A stretch of 64,000 bases of DNA from Octopus sinensis (taxonomy: Eukaryota). Shown here piece by piece: positions 26,126 to 39,156 of the stretch (the first letter of the stretch is position 1; each line of letters begins with the position of its first letter). Where the stretch lies: NCBI RefSeq assembly GCF_006345805.1, contig NC_043024.1, positions 2,604,001-2,668,000 of the forward strand, given 5' to 3'. The translations under genes and the position numbers were made by a program. Below the pieces are notes generated by a model. That model was not told where the DNA came from. It did not search any database and worked only from the letters and a program-made list of their open reading frames with translations.

Positions 26126-26832
26126 TCTTTATATATATAAAACTGAGAATGTGTGTCTGTCTGTCTGAGTGTTTCCCTAAAACTTGAGAACTACACAACC
26201 AATTTCATTCAAATTTTACACATGCCTTACTTAGGGTCCATGTAGTTTCATGGGCAAAAAAAAAATGTTCAACTTCTTGCCTAGAGGGAGCCCATAGCAA
26301 TATCTTCTTCATTGTTTCAGTATTACATGTTAAAAGTGAAACAGAAATATTTCTGTATTTTATGTCAGATGCTTTCACTTTAACAATAAAAATAATAACA
26401 ATTGAATTATATGTAGTAAGTAATAATTAAAATCAAACTAAAGTATAGTATAATCGTAACATACAAAAGTAAAAATAGCAATTGGTATAAAATTGCATCA
26501 ATGATTTGAACTTGAATAAGTGGTTTCACATGAATGGGAATAAAGTAAAAATATAATTAGCGTGCAGAAATGGAATAGTCCAGATGGATAATACAAAATT
26601 AAATTAAAGAAAAGACTATTGTCTATAAAGTATACAACGTAGAGAAAAAAGAAGAGCTAACAATTCCAGTCTGTTATATATTTTGAGTATTGTTATCACT
26701 AGCGATATCAAGATATAACTCTGTATTTTGCATTTTATGTGTAGATGTATATAGATAGATGTACATGTAATATGTACACATATATACATGCACTAGCACT
26801 ATGACCCGGCAACGACGGGTCTTTAATGCTAG
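26126..26832 (+). mobile_element. Non-autonomous Helitron, paralog of 14255-14953
   Basis: Same termini. Unit 1 retains only the 3' part (~385-604). Confidence 0.75.
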
Positions 26833-27380
26833 TTGGTAAATAAATGGTAGATAGTGAGTTATATTTCTCACTATAATTATTTTATAATATATCGATTTAA
26901 TTATTTTGTAATTTATCTATATCAGTTCAATCAATTTCTTTAACAAAGTTATAAATGTGATCACGTTGTTCTCTCATTCATATGATACTATTTTTACTAT
27001 AACTCACTAATCTAACATTTATTTAATGCGGTTTCGATTCTCAGACCGGGCGTTGTGTGTGTTTATTGAGCGAAAACACCTAAAGCTCCACGAGGCTCCG
27101 GCAGGGGGTGGTGGCGATCTCTGCTGTACTCTTTCTTCCTGTTTCTTGAGTAATGCTGTGATGGACTGGCATCCTGTCCAGCTGGTGGAGTAACACATAT
27201 CCCACAGAAACCGGGCCCATGAGCCTGGCTAGGTTTGTAAAGGGCGCATAAATAAATAAAAATAATAAATATACTGGCATTTAATAAAACTGTGTAAGAG
27301 AATAATTTACCACAACTCAATTGCAAGAAGCACTTCCATCAAGTTAAGCTATTTATTCGAGAGAATGATTTAATAGAGGT

Positions 27381-27780
27381 GCAGGAGTGGCTGTGTGGTA
27401 AGTAGCTTGCTAACCAACCACATGGTTCCGGGTTCAGTCACACTGAGTGGCATCTTGGGCAAGTGTCTTCTGCTATAGCCCCAGGCTGACCAAAGCCTTG
27501 TGAGTGGATTTGGTAGACGGAAACTGAAAGAAGCCTGTCGTATATATGTATACATATATATGTATATATGTGCATGTGTTTGTGTGTCTGTGTTTGTTCC
27601 CCTAGCATTGCTTGTCAATCGATGCTGGTGTGTTTATGTCCCCGTCACATAGTGGTTCAGCAAAATAGACCGATAGAATAAGTACTGGGCTTACAAGGAA
27701 TAAGTCCTGCGGTCGATTTGCTCAACTAAAGGCGGTGCCCCAGCATGGCCGCACTCAAATGACTGAAACAAGTAAAAGAG
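27381..27780 (+). mobile_element. SINE family S1 (GGAGTGGCTGTGTGG head, central (TA)n/(TG)n, CAGTC-AAAT-GACTG tail), full-length example
   Basis: More than 15 copies or fragments in the window, e.g. 34565-34970, 41235-41590, 42342-42705 and 46745-47153(-). Confidence 0.85.
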
Positions 27781-27813
27781 AGAGAGAGAGAGAGAGTAAT
27801 AGAATTATCAGTG

Positions 27814-29847
27814 TTATGGTTTCTTTCCTGCGTGGATATGTTTGTGAGTAGTTAAGTTACCTTTTTGAGAGAAAGATTTTTCACATACATCACAGTGATA
27901 AGGCTTCTCTCCTGTGTGAATGTGTTTGTGAGAAATTAAGGTATGGTTCTGAGAGAAGGATTTACCACAGATATCACACACGTATGGCTTCTCTCCTGTG
28001 TGAACACGTTTGTGTTTGATTAAGACATCGCTGTGTGAAAAAGACTTTCCACAGATATCACAGTGATAGGGTTTCTCACCTGTATGAATGCGCTTGTGAG
28101 TAATTAAATGATGATTCAGAGAGAATGATTTACCACAGATATCACAGTGATAAGGTTTCTCTCCTGTGTGAATGTATTTGTGAGTAATTAAATGATGATT
28201 CAGAGAGAATGATTTCCCACAGATATCACAATGATACGGTTTCTCTCCTGTGTGAATGTATTTGTGAGTAGTTAACTGGTGATTACGAGAGAATGATTGG
28301 CCACAGGTACCACACTGATATGGTTTCTCACCTGTATGAATACGTTTGTGCGTCCATAGGTTTTGATTGTGAGAGAATGATTTACCACAGATATCACAAT
28401 GATATGGTTTCTCTCCTGTATGAATACGTTTATGGTTAGTTAAGGCATAGCTCTGTGAAAACGATTTACCACAGATATCACAGTTACATGGAATTTCTCC
28501 TGTATGAATACGCATGTGTCTAGTCAATATAACATTCTGAGAGAATGATTCTCCACAGATATCACAATGATATGGTTTCTCTCCAGTGTGAATGTATTTG
28601 TGAGTATTTAAGTGGTGATTTCGAGAGAATGATTTACCACAGATAGAACACTGATAAGGTTTCTCTCCTGTGTGAATGTATTTGTGAGTATTTAAGTGGT
28701 GATTTCGAGAGAATGATTTACCACAGATAGAACACTGATAAGGTTTCTCTCCTGTGTGAATACGTTTGTGAGTGATTAGGTCACTACTTCCAGAGAATGA
28801 TTTACCACAGATATCACAATGATATGGTTTCTCTCCTGTGTGAATGTATTTGTGTTTAGTTAAGTTGCGATTTTGAGAGAATGATTTACCACAGATATCA
28901 CAATGATATGGTTTCTCTCCTGTGTGAATGTATTTGTGAGTAGTTAAGTGGTGATTCTGAGAGAATGATTCTCCACAGATATCACACTGATAAGGTTTCT
29001 CTCCTGTATGAATACGTTTGTGAGTGGTTAGGTCACTATTTCTAGAGAATGATTTACCACAGATATCACAGTTATATGGTTTTTCTCCCGTATGAATATG
29101 CATGTGTGTAGTCAACAAATCATTCTGAGAGAATGATTTACCACATATATCACAATGATAAGGTTTCTCTCCTGTGTGAATGTATTTGTGTTTAGTTAGG
29201 TTTTGATTCTGAGAGAATGATTTACCACAGATATCACAGTGATAAGGTTTCTCTCCTGTGTGAATGTATTTGTGAATAGTTAAGTGGTGATTACGAGAGA
29301 ATGATTTACCACAGATATCACACTGATATTGTTTGTCTCCTGTATGAATACGTTTGTGTGTGGTTAGGTTGCTATTTCCAGAGAATGATTTACCACAGAT
29401 ATCACAGTGATAAGGTTTCTCTCCTGTATGAATACGTTTGTGAGTGGTTAGGTCGCTATTTCTAGAGAATGATTTACCACAGATATCGCAATGATGTGAC
29501 TTAACCACAATGTGGATGCATTTGTGAATAGCTAAGCTATGATTCTGAGAGAATGATTTACCACAAGTATTACAGCGATACGGCTCGACACCTGCGTGAA
29601 TGTGTTTATGTGTGGTCAAACGAACCTTTTCAGAGAATGATTTACCACAGATGTCACAGCGATAGAGATCCTCTCCTGCAGGGAAACATTTGTGAATCGT
29701 CTGTTCGTCTTTGAGAAAGAAGGACTTGTTGCAGACATCACAGTGAAATGATGTTTTCTCTTCTTCTTCTGTTTCATCTTCAGTAAAATCAATCCTTAAC
29801 GACTGTGTATTACAATTAACATCATTATCACGTAATTCATTTTCCAT
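27814..29847 (-). CDS. Poly-C2H2 zinc-finger protein, paralog 3 (677 aa, 23 finger units)
   Basis: Complete ORF from MENELRDN to HAGKKP*. The first finger is degenerate (His to Pro). Confidence 0.93.
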   Translation of the reverse strand: MENELRDNDVNCNTQSLRIDFTEDETEEEEKTSFHCDVCNKSFFLKDEQTIHKCFPAGEDLYRCDICGKSFSEKVRLTTHKHIHAGVEPYRCNTCGKSFSQNHSLAIHKCIHIVVKSHHCDICGKSFSRNSDLTTHKRIHTGEKPYHCDICGKSFSGNSNLTTHKRIHTGDKQYQCDICGKSFSRNHHLTIHKYIHTGEKPYHCDICGKSFSQNQNLTKHKYIHTGEKPYHCDICGKSFSQNDLLTTHMHIHTGEKPYNCDICGKSFSRNSDLTTHKRIHTGEKPYQCDICGESFSQNHHLTTHKYIHTGEKPYHCDICGKSFSQNRNLTKHKYIHTGEKPYHCDICGKSFSGSSDLITHKRIHTGEKPYQCSICGKSFSRNHHLNTHKYIHTGEKPYQCSICGKSFSRNHHLNTHKYIHTGEKPYHCDICGESFSQNVILTRHMRIHTGEIPCNCDICGKSFSQSYALTNHKRIHTGEKPYHCDICGKSFSHNQNLWTHKRIHTGEKPYQCGTCGQSFSRNHQLTTHKYIHTGEKPYHCDICGKSFSLNHHLITHKYIHTGEKPYHCDICGKSFSLNHHLITHKRIHTGEKPYHCDICGKSFSHSDVLIKHKRVHTGEKPYVCDICGKSFSQNHTLISHKHIHTGEKPYHCDVCEKSFSQKGNLTTHKHIHAGKKP

Positions 29848-32800
29848 TATTTTTCTCCTCTCACCACAAAGTCAAAATGTTTTTCTTTTTTTTATATTCT
29901 ATTCCCCAGTTATTTCTGTTGCTTGAAATGCTTAGCGGTATTTCGTCTGTCTTTTTGTTCTGAGTTCAAATTCCACCGAGGTCGACTTTGCCTTTCATCC
30001 TCTCTGGGTCAATAAATAAAGTACCAGTTTCACACTAGGGTAGATATAATCGACTTAATCCCTTTGTCTGTCCTTATTTGTCCCCTCTATGTTTAGTCCC
30101 TTGTAGGTAGTAAAGAAATAGAAATAGGTATTTCGTCTGTCGTTACGTTCTGAGTTCAAATTCCGCCGAGGTCAACTTTGCCTTTCATCCTTTCGGGGTT
30201 GATAAATAAAGTACCAGTTTCACACTGGGGTAGATATAATCAACTTAAGACCTTTGTCTGTCCTTGTTTGTCCCCTCTATGTTTAGCCCCCTAGTGGGCA
30301 ATAAAGAAATATATATTTCCATCAACTGTAATCATTGTCAATATCTGAGGGGGCTGCCAATTCCTTTGCAGTCCAGGTTCAATTAGAATACAGGATTGGT
30401 TTTCTTGCACCCATTCCAGGCAGTAAAGTACAGAAATGCTGCTAATAATCACACACCCAAAGAAAATCTTTTACAATTCTATAATCGATTTATATAAACA
30501 GGGTAATATTTCTTGTGTGTAGCATCTTAGTTTCATCTTAAAGAATATATTATATATATTCATGATGTGTTCGATGTAAAATCTTCTTTTATGCTAAATA
30601 TCCTCTCTGATACTCTGAAATAAAAAAGAAATAATATGAGATATAGAATATACTTGAAAAGTAAAGATTAAATAATGAAAATTTTATTACGTTTTAATAC
30701 TGATAAACTGGAGATATAAACCTTTAGCTGGCCAAATAAACGTTAATACGTCAGTCTGACAAACAAACAAGGAGATTATAAGGTAGTCATGGGATGTGCT
30801 AAAAATAATAGCTAAATAGCTCTTAAATCACGCAGCAATTTAAAAGATTTTGTTTTGGTTTTAGCACAATCCTATGAATTACAAATTCGCAAGAGTTTTC
30901 TAAAAATTCCCAAAAAGGTTTGAACCAACAAAGAATTTATAATTTACATCTGCTGTTTGTTTGTTGAGCGAATCGGTCTTCGTCCCAGAGCTCGCAAGAT
31001 GGAAGAAGTCGGAAACGCGGTCCTTTGCTATTCGTAAGACCTGCAGAGGAGAAAGCAGGTCAGCCCCCCCCCCCCCACACCGAGAGCATCGACGGATGGA
31101 TGAATGGGCATCCAGGCTCGGCGGTCCTGTAGGAAGTCGGGGGACAAGAAACAGGAAGAAAGAGTGAGAGAAAGTTGGGGCAAAAGAGTACAACAGGGGT
31201 CGCCACCACCCTCTGCTGGAGCATCGTGGAGCTTTATGTGTTTTCGCTCAATAAACACTCACAACGCCCGGTCTGGGAATCGAAACGCGATCCTCCGAAC
31301 GCGAGTCCGCTGCCCTAACCACTGGGCCATTGCGCCTCCACTTACATCTGCTGTATATGAAATACCAGAAGTTATAGTGTTAAAAAGAGCAAGGACTAAT
31401 GTTTACTTTGAAATGGTTGATGATGATGATGATGATGATATATATATATATATTTATTGCCTACAAGGGGATATACAATGAGGGGACAAACAAGGACAGA
31501 CATAGGGATTAAGTCGATTACATCGAACCCAGTGCATAACTGGTACTTAATTTATCGACCCTGAAAGATGAAAGGCAAAGTCGACATCAGTGGAATTTGA
31601 ACTCATAACGTAAAGACACATGCATTTCGCCCGTCGTGCTAATGTTGCTGCCAGCTCGCCACCTTTATATATATATATATATATATATATATTTTATTTT
31701 ATTTTATTTTATAGAAGGAGCTTCTACAGTACTAGAACTGTTTCATTCAGATGAAACAGTTCTAGTCCTGTAGAAGCTCCTTCTATAAAATAAATTACTT
31801 TTCTCTGCTATGTATTGAGTACCTTATTTACTGTGGTTAACCCCGACTCAACCCGGGACCTACATACATACATATATATATAAATATATATGTATATATA
31901 TAGGTGTATACATATTGGTAAAACAGTAAGATAACAAAAGAAAGAAAGAAAGAGACCTCAATATTATGTAAATAGAGGAAATCTATCTATAAAATAATAT
32001 GTTACATTTACTCAATAGTCAAGATAAAACTCTGAGTTTCAGATGCCGAAGTGGAAATCCACAACACCATCTCTTCGGTTATCTGGCCATCTGAAAAAAC
32101 GCTATGAAAAAATACCGTTATATAGAGGGAAATTACTGTTTTATAATTCTGCGCGCGAAAACCCACGTGCGGACTTATACGTCACTATGGAAACGTACAC
32201 ATCTTCACTCGCATTTTTCGCCAAATATATACGCATATATATACAACCTCACACACACACACACACATGCGTACCGTAAAAGTTCATACATACGTCTATA
32301 TACGCACAAACACAAGAAAAACCATGGTTAAAGGTAACAGAAAAAAAATATAATAAGGAAGTATACAAAGCATAAAAACCACGTTCATATACGGACATGC
32401 CCCTATGCACTCATACACACACACACGCCCATATATGTACATACCCGCACATATTTATATACGCAAACATACACACGTATATACAAAAAATGAATATATA
32501 TATGTCCCCCCCCGCTAAAAAATGGAAAAATACTAAGTAAAAACGTCTATATATATATATGTGCATTCTTATGTCCGCACACATATATACATATATATAT
32601 AAATATAGACATAAATATGTATATACATATATATGCACATACACACAGAGAAAAGTTGGCGATTACAAAGGAATTTCACAAGAATCATATATATAGTGGA
32701 AGCCGCTTATTGCGATCATTTCCGTACAGCACCTAACAGATGACGTTAAACAAATATAAAGTCTGAACCAATGAATTTCGATAACAATAACCGGCTGATA

Positions 32801-33569
32801 ACGTTATCCGCTATTCCGATTGACCGCCACTCCATTCCTGCCCAGCCTACATCAATACACAACAAACTACGGCATTTCTATAAATCGCAGTATTTGCTAT
32901 ACAACGTCTTCAATCAGATCGTATTCCTCTCCAATATATATACATATATATATAATAACTTACCCCTGATGCTTAATAAATAAATAAATATTTATTTACT
33001 TTCGATTTCGTCTCCAAAGAATTGAGGAAACGTGACAAGCCGGAAGTAAGGTGCGTCATGTGACTTAGACTCTTTAATATATGAAACCACAAAGAGTGCT
33101 GTCGACACAAAAGCGAAACTAAGAAGGAAGGGGGAACGTAATATTGTTGTTGACTATCACCATGGTTACTGTCTAAGCGGAAGGCGCATGGCTCGGTGGT
33201 TAGCGCATCGGGCTATCAATCGCGAGTTAGTGAGTTCGATTCCCTGGATCTTTTCGTTTTGACTGGCAGATTTTTAAAATAATTTCTTTGTAACTAAACA
33301 CTTTTAAACTTAAGTACCAGTTACGCACTGGGGTCGATGTAATCAACTTAATCCCTTTGTCTGTCCTTGTCTGTTCCCTCCTATCTTTTCGGTTTGAACA
33401 GCAGTTTTTAACATAATTTCTAGGTAACTAAACACTTTTAAAGTTCGTATACTGGTAGAATGTTAGTTAGTTAGTTAATGTTAACTAACTAACCAACTAA
33501 CTAACAAATTTGACCTAATTTGCAATTGGGGTTGCTAATAAATCATTTGGATAATTTTTGGTATTTAAT

Positions 33570-34515
33570 AATCAGAATTCTTTTCTGTTTGGATTCCAAG
33601 TCAATTTTTTTCCACTGTAACGTCTAATTTGATTAATTTTCAAGTTTTAAAAACATGGTGTCTAAATTGGGGCAAAATGAGTCTCTTGGTCTTTCATTCG
33701 ACCTAGATATTTTAATTAAATTTTTTTTTGCATTTCTGTTCTCTCTGGTGTCCAAGAATGGATATTGTTTGTATGAGTCTCAGAATTCTTTTCTTTGTTT
33801 GGATTCCAAGTCAATCTTTTCCCACACTTATGTCTGATTCGATTAATTTTCAAGTTTTAAAAAAATGATGTCTAAATTGGGGCAAAATGAGTAATGACTA
33901 ATTTCACCAAATTCTTCTCTTGAATTGCATCGTTTGCAATCATATTGGGAAGAGAGTCGCTCCAGTGAATCGTCAAGAAGCTGTAGAGAATTATTTTATG
34001 ATTTTTTAAAATGTAGTTGAATTCCGTTAATTTCATATCATTTGCCATTTTTTACAGACTGTCTTTCATTTGACCAAGATATTTTAATTAAAATTTTTTT
34101 TGCATTTCTGTTCTCTCTGGTGTCCAAGAATGGATATTGTTTGTATGAGTCTCAGAATTCTTTTCTCTGTTTGGATTCCAAGTCAATCTTTTCCCACACT
34201 TATGTCTAATTCGATTAATTTTCAAGTTAAAAAAAAATGTCTAAATTGGGGCAAAATGAGTAATGACTAATTTCACCAAATTCTTCTCTTTAATTGCATC
34301 GTTTGTAATCATATTGGGAAGAGAGTCGCTCCAGCGAATCCTGAAGAAGCTGTAGAGAATTATTTTATGATTTTTTTTTATTTAGTTGAATTCCGTTAAT
34401 TTCATATCATTTGCCATTTTTCACAGACTGTCTTTCATTTGACCAAGATATTTAAAATCTTTGTTGCATTTATGATCCCTCTGATATCCAAGAATGGATA
34501 TTGTTTGTATTATGA
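33570..34515. repeat. AT-rich tandem repeat, ~370-bp unit (2 full copies plus partials)
   Basis: Units start at ~33706, ~34076 and ~34446. Confidence 0.75.
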
Positions 34516-34564
34516 GTCTTTTTCAAATGTAATTCTTGAAGAATGAAGAAGGAAATTTACATAA

Positions 34565-34728
34565 GCGCAGGAGTGGCTGTGTGGTAAGTAGTTTGCTAAC
34601 CAGCCACATGGTTTCGGGTTCAGTCCCACTGCGTGGCACGTTAGGCAAGTGTCTTCTACTATAGCCTCGGGCCGACCAAAGTTTTGTGAGTGGATTTGGT
34701 AGATGGAAACTGAATGATGCCCGTCGTA

Positions 34729-34761
<33 letters not shown>

Positions 34762-34970
34762 GCGTGTGTGTGTGTCTGTGTTTGTCCCCCTAGCATTGCC
34801 TGACAACCGATGCTGGTATGTTTATGTCCCCGTTACTTAGCAGTTCGGCAAAAGAGACCAATAGAATAAGTACTGGGCTTACAAAAGAATAAGTCCCGGG
34901 GTCGAGTTGCTCGATTAAAGGCGGTGCTCCAGCATGGCCGCAGTCAAATGACTGAAACAAGTAAAAGAGT
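34565..34970 (+). mobile_element. SINE family S1
   Basis: Full-length match to 27381-27780. Confidence 0.85.
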
Positions 34971-35192
34971 ATTATAGTGGTTTACTCATTTTGCCCCATT
35001 CTCAAAGAGAACGGCGACAATTTTCTGAAAAAGTGTTTTGGTTATGTTATCAGGTTTTAAAATGCATTTAAAGAATGTCATTTGTTTAACTGATATAATT
35101 TTTGTAAGGTTGTGAACATTTTTGAAAAATACCCGCAGTAAAAATACCCCGTGAAGTCCCACCCGCTTCTCTATGTTATGTAATTTGTGCGT

Positions 35193-35820
35193 GGAGGCGC
35201 AATGGCCCAGTGGTTAGGGCAGCGGACGCGCGGTCGTAGGATAGCGGTTTCGATTCCCAGACCGGGCGTTGTGAGTGTTTATTGAGCGAAAACACCTAAA
35301 AAGCTCCACGAGGCTCCGGCAGGGGATGGTGGTGATCCCTGCTGTACTCTTTCACCACAACTTTCTCTCACTCTTACTTCCTGTTTCTGTTGTACCTGTA
35401 TTTCAAGGGGCCGGCCTTGTCACTCTCTGGAGGCGCAATGGCCCAGTGGTTAGGGCAGCGGACGCGCGGTCGTAGGATCGCGGTTTCGATTCCCAGACCG
35501 GGCGTTGTGAGTGTTTATTGAGCGAAAACACCTAAAAAGCTTCACGAGGCTCCGGCAGGGGATGGTGGTGATCCCTGCTGTACTCTTTCACCACAACTTT
35601 CTCTCACTCTTACTTCCTGTTTCTGTTGTACCTGTATTTCAAAGGGCCGGCCTTGTCACTCTCTGTGTCACGCTGAATATCCCCGAGAACTACGTTAAGG
35701 CTACACGTGTCTGTGGAGTGCTCAGCCACTTGCACGTTAATTTCACGAGCAGGCTGTTCCGTTGATTCGGATCAATCGGAACCTTCATCGTCGTAACCGA
35801 CGGAGTGCTTCCCAGTAATT
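35193..35820 (+). mobile_element. tRNA-derived SINE family S2 with tandemly duplicated 5' ~235 bp
   Basis: Pol III box A (TGGCCCAGTGG) and box B (GGTTTCGATTCC) each occur twice. Other S2 copies at 5290-5570(-), 20530-20826(-), 31030-31340(-) and 62170-62393(-). Confidence 0.85.
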
Positions 35821-36216
35821 TGTGCAATATTTAAATATGAGATATGAATTCTTTCATGCTGGGTAAATACAATAATCCGGTAGACTTACACATCGTGCCT
35901 TGTGTTTGCAAGCAATCCTTCCGGCTCGAATACTCCCGGGTGGTTTTGTTTGGAAATCCATATTGCTGGTCTGTGTGAAAAACACAAGGAAAACAAGATG
36001 TTGGATGCAAGAAGTGGAACGAGAAAAGAAACGGAAAAAGCAAGAAAGAAATCCGAGAGTTGCGTCCCTTCGTCCATCGAGGCCAGAGTAAATTCCGTCT
36101 CTTGTGGAACAATAAACCAGACACACACACAAACACGCGCGCATTCACAGACACTGACACGCACACACACACACACACGCACACACGTACAAACACACAC
36201 CATACGCAAATTCTCT

Positions 36217-36640
36217 GGCAATCTTTCGTCTCTAGTAGACCTTTCCGTCGATTTCCGTAAAAAACTTTTTTTTTTTACATATGGGCTTGCGGGAACTTTT
36301 GAAGTAATGAGAACGAAAGAGACTAAGAGAAAGCGATTGTATGACGAGGGAAGTTCTTTTGAAGTTACCGTGCATGGGGAGCATTGATGTACATGTGCGT
36401 GTGTGTGTGTTTGATGGGGTGTGGGTAGACAGAGAGTATGTTGTGTAAGTGAAGTGCTTCTGTTAGTGTGTGTGAAGAGACAGAGTAATGTGTGAAAGAG
36501 AGAGATAACTGAAATTTTTTACTCGGTGTATGTGTATATGTATGTATATTACTTCAGAAGTTCCCGCAAGCCCATATGTAAAAAAAAAAAAAATTTTGAC
36601 GGAAATCGACGAAAAGGTCTACTAGAGACGAAAGATCGCC
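36217..36640. mobile_element. MITE with ~95-bp TIRs (GGC(A/G)ATCTTTCGTCTCTAGTAGACC...), copy A
   Basis: Long inverted repeats at 36217-36310 and 36550-36640. Confidence 0.75.
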
Positions 36641-36882
36641 AAAATTCGAAAAGTTGAATGTTTTTTTTTTTTTTAATTACGACAGTTTTATTTAGTTTTT
36701 ACTTTTTTTTTACAGTTTTGTGAATTCCCAAGTGTAGAATACAAATTTGCAAAAATTATCTGAAAATTCCCCCAAAAATAAAGTTATGAGGGATAAAGAA
36801 ACCTGACCCCCGAAATTTACTTTTGAGGGAGTTTTCCATCTTTTTCATTCTGGAATTTGTTTAATGAATGTTTAATGAAATG

Positions 36883-37846
36883 GGCAATCTTTCGTCTCTA
36901 GTAGACCTTTCCGTCAATTTCCGTAAAAAAAAATTTTTTTTTTTTTACATATGGGCTTGCGGGAACTTTTGAAGTAATGAGAGCGAAAGAGACTAAGAGA
37001 AAGCGATTGTATGACGAGGGAAGTTCTTTTGAAGTTACCGTGCATGGGCAATCTTTCGTCTCTAGTAGACCTTTCCGTCAATTTCCGTAAAAAACTTCTT
37101 TTTTTTTTACATATGGGCTTGCGGGAACTTTTGAAGTAATGAGAGCGAAAGAGACTAAGAGAAAGCGATTGTATGACGAGGGAAGTTCTTTTGAAGTTAC
37201 CGTGCATGGGAAGCATTGATGTACATGTGTGTGTGTGTGTGTGTGTTTGATGGGGTGTGGGTAGACAGACAGTATGTTGTGTAAGTGAAGTGCTTCTGTT
37301 AGTGTGTGTGAAGAGACAGAGAGAGTAATGAGTGAAAGAGAGAGATAACCGAAATTTTTTACTCGGAGTATGTGTATATGTCTTTCTCTTTAGTCTTGTA
37401 CTTGTTTCAGTCATTTGACTGCGGCCATGCTGGAGCACCGCCTTTAGTCGTCGGTCTCTTTTGCCGAACCGCTAAGTGACGGGGACATAAACACACCAGC
37501 ATCGGTTGTCAAGCAATGCTAGAGGGACAAACACAGACACACAAACATATACACACACATACACATACATATATATATATATACATATATACGACAGGCT
37601 TCTTTCAGTTTCCGTCTACCAAATCCACTCACAAGGCATTGGTCGACCCGAGGCTATAGAAGAAGACACTTGCCCAAGATGCCACGCAGTGGGACTGAAC
37701 CCGGAACCATGTGGTTGGTAGGCAAGCTACTTACCACACAGCCACTGTATGTATATTACTTCAAAAGTTCCCGCAAGCCCATATGTAAAAAAAAAAAAAT
37801 TTTTATGGAAATCGACGGAAAGGTCTACTAGAGACGAAAGATCGCC
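36883..37846. mobile_element. Same MITE, copy B, with an internal ~164-bp duplication and a nested SINE
   Basis: Left TIR occurs twice (36883, 37047). A SINE lies at ~37395-37745 and the right TIR ends at 37846. Confidence 0.72.
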
Positions 37847-37899
37847 AATTCTCTTATTTCTTTATACGTTTCAGCCCAAAGGCCGTGGCCATGCTGGGG

Positions 37900-39110
37900 C
37901 ACCGCCTGTTTATTCATCTTTTCAATGGCCATTCTTATGAGATCAGCTTTCGGTGAAGAAGGGAGTTCGAAACTGCGATATAGGTTCTTCCAGGACCTCC
38001 TGCTGTCCAAAGTCCTGGATGAACCTATATCGCAGTTTTGGACAGCAGGAGGTCAAGTTGTTCCTTGACAACCCCATAAAGATCCTTCAGATGGTTTTTG
38101 GCAAGGCCTTAAATAGCTGTGGGCCCTTGAATCCCAGCCTATTGCTGTACATGGCCCTCACTCTAGACAGGACAGCTGGGACTTTTAGAACCGTACAGTG
38201 ACGTCCAGTTTGAAGGTGTCAAAGTTTGGTGCCAATTCCTGCAGGATTTTCCGTACATATACCCCTGCATACCTCTGTAAGAGTTAGCACTTCCTTCTCT
38301 AAGCTTAGATTCGAAATCGAATCCAAGAATCATCGGTCGTCAAAAACCACTGCATCTATTGGCGCGAAATTTAAAGATCCTTTGTTCTGTCAAAAAGTGA
38401 TTGATCATCTCCTTTTAACCTGCGACCTCAGCCATGTCAGACGAAGTTCAACTGGACAAGTGCTGACCTACTTAAGTAGTAACTCTGTTGCAGTATGTCT
38501 ATCTTGCTAGCTGTTTCAAATATTATAAATACAAGGGAAAAACAGAGAAAGAAACACAATCGGAGCTAACACACCAGCAGACAACCCGCGTTTTGGAGAC
38601 GACAGAGAAAATGCCTACAGGCTATGTTTTCGAATGATTCACGCACACACCCACACACACAAACATATTCATCTTTATTATGTGCTCTAAACAAGCAATG
38701 CGTAGCATTTGCTTACAATTGTATGTAGTGTATTTATAACCCATGTAAATAAATCCCTTTTTAATCATGAAACAATTTATATATTTATTAATACACACAC
38801 ACATCCACTACACCTCTTTTGTCTTTATTCCAGGGAATAGAGTCACAGCTCTTTCAGTCTCTCCCAGAAGCTTAGCTCTTCCCTTCACACAACCTTCCTG
38901 GTGTAGTCCCATTGAACTGCCTCGAGTTCTGCAATTAATTTGACTCTGTGAGATGATTACAGCCGAGAGCAGTAGTCCAGACAGCTGAGTAAAAAGGTTC
39001 TCTGTAGAACCAGCAAAGTTTTCTGGTCCCTTGTTTGGAAAGTTCTTAGGGTTCATCTAGCCAATAGCTTGCACATTGCCACTATTTTGGTGATATGTAG
39101 GTGGATTGAG
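37900..39110 (-). mobile_element. Old degenerate CR1/L2-group LINE 3' fragment, split by a ~480-bp unrelated segment
   Basis: Manual translation gives LSCLDYCSRL*S..LIAELEAVQ..SFWERLKEL*LYSLE (38810-39000), then RYAGVYVRKILQELAPN..GFKGPQLFKALP..LDLLLSK (37990-38300). Confidence 0.7.
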
Positions 39111-39156
39111 GAGGCATCGTTGCTCATATCAATCACCGGACCAAACACTGAAACAG

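Larger units (their letters stand above)
25610..33460. repeat. Segmental duplication unit 3 (lacks the distal ~2.6 kb present in units 1 and 2)
   Basis: Homology to units 1 and 2 stops at ~33460, equivalent to ~7920 and ~22930. Confidence 0.85.

Noticed and set aside
35196-35275. tRNA gene candidates (also 7640-7705, 41612-41680, 51183-51260)
   Set aside because: Box A and B are present but there is no proper acceptor stem, and they run into repeat bodies, so these are SINE heads.
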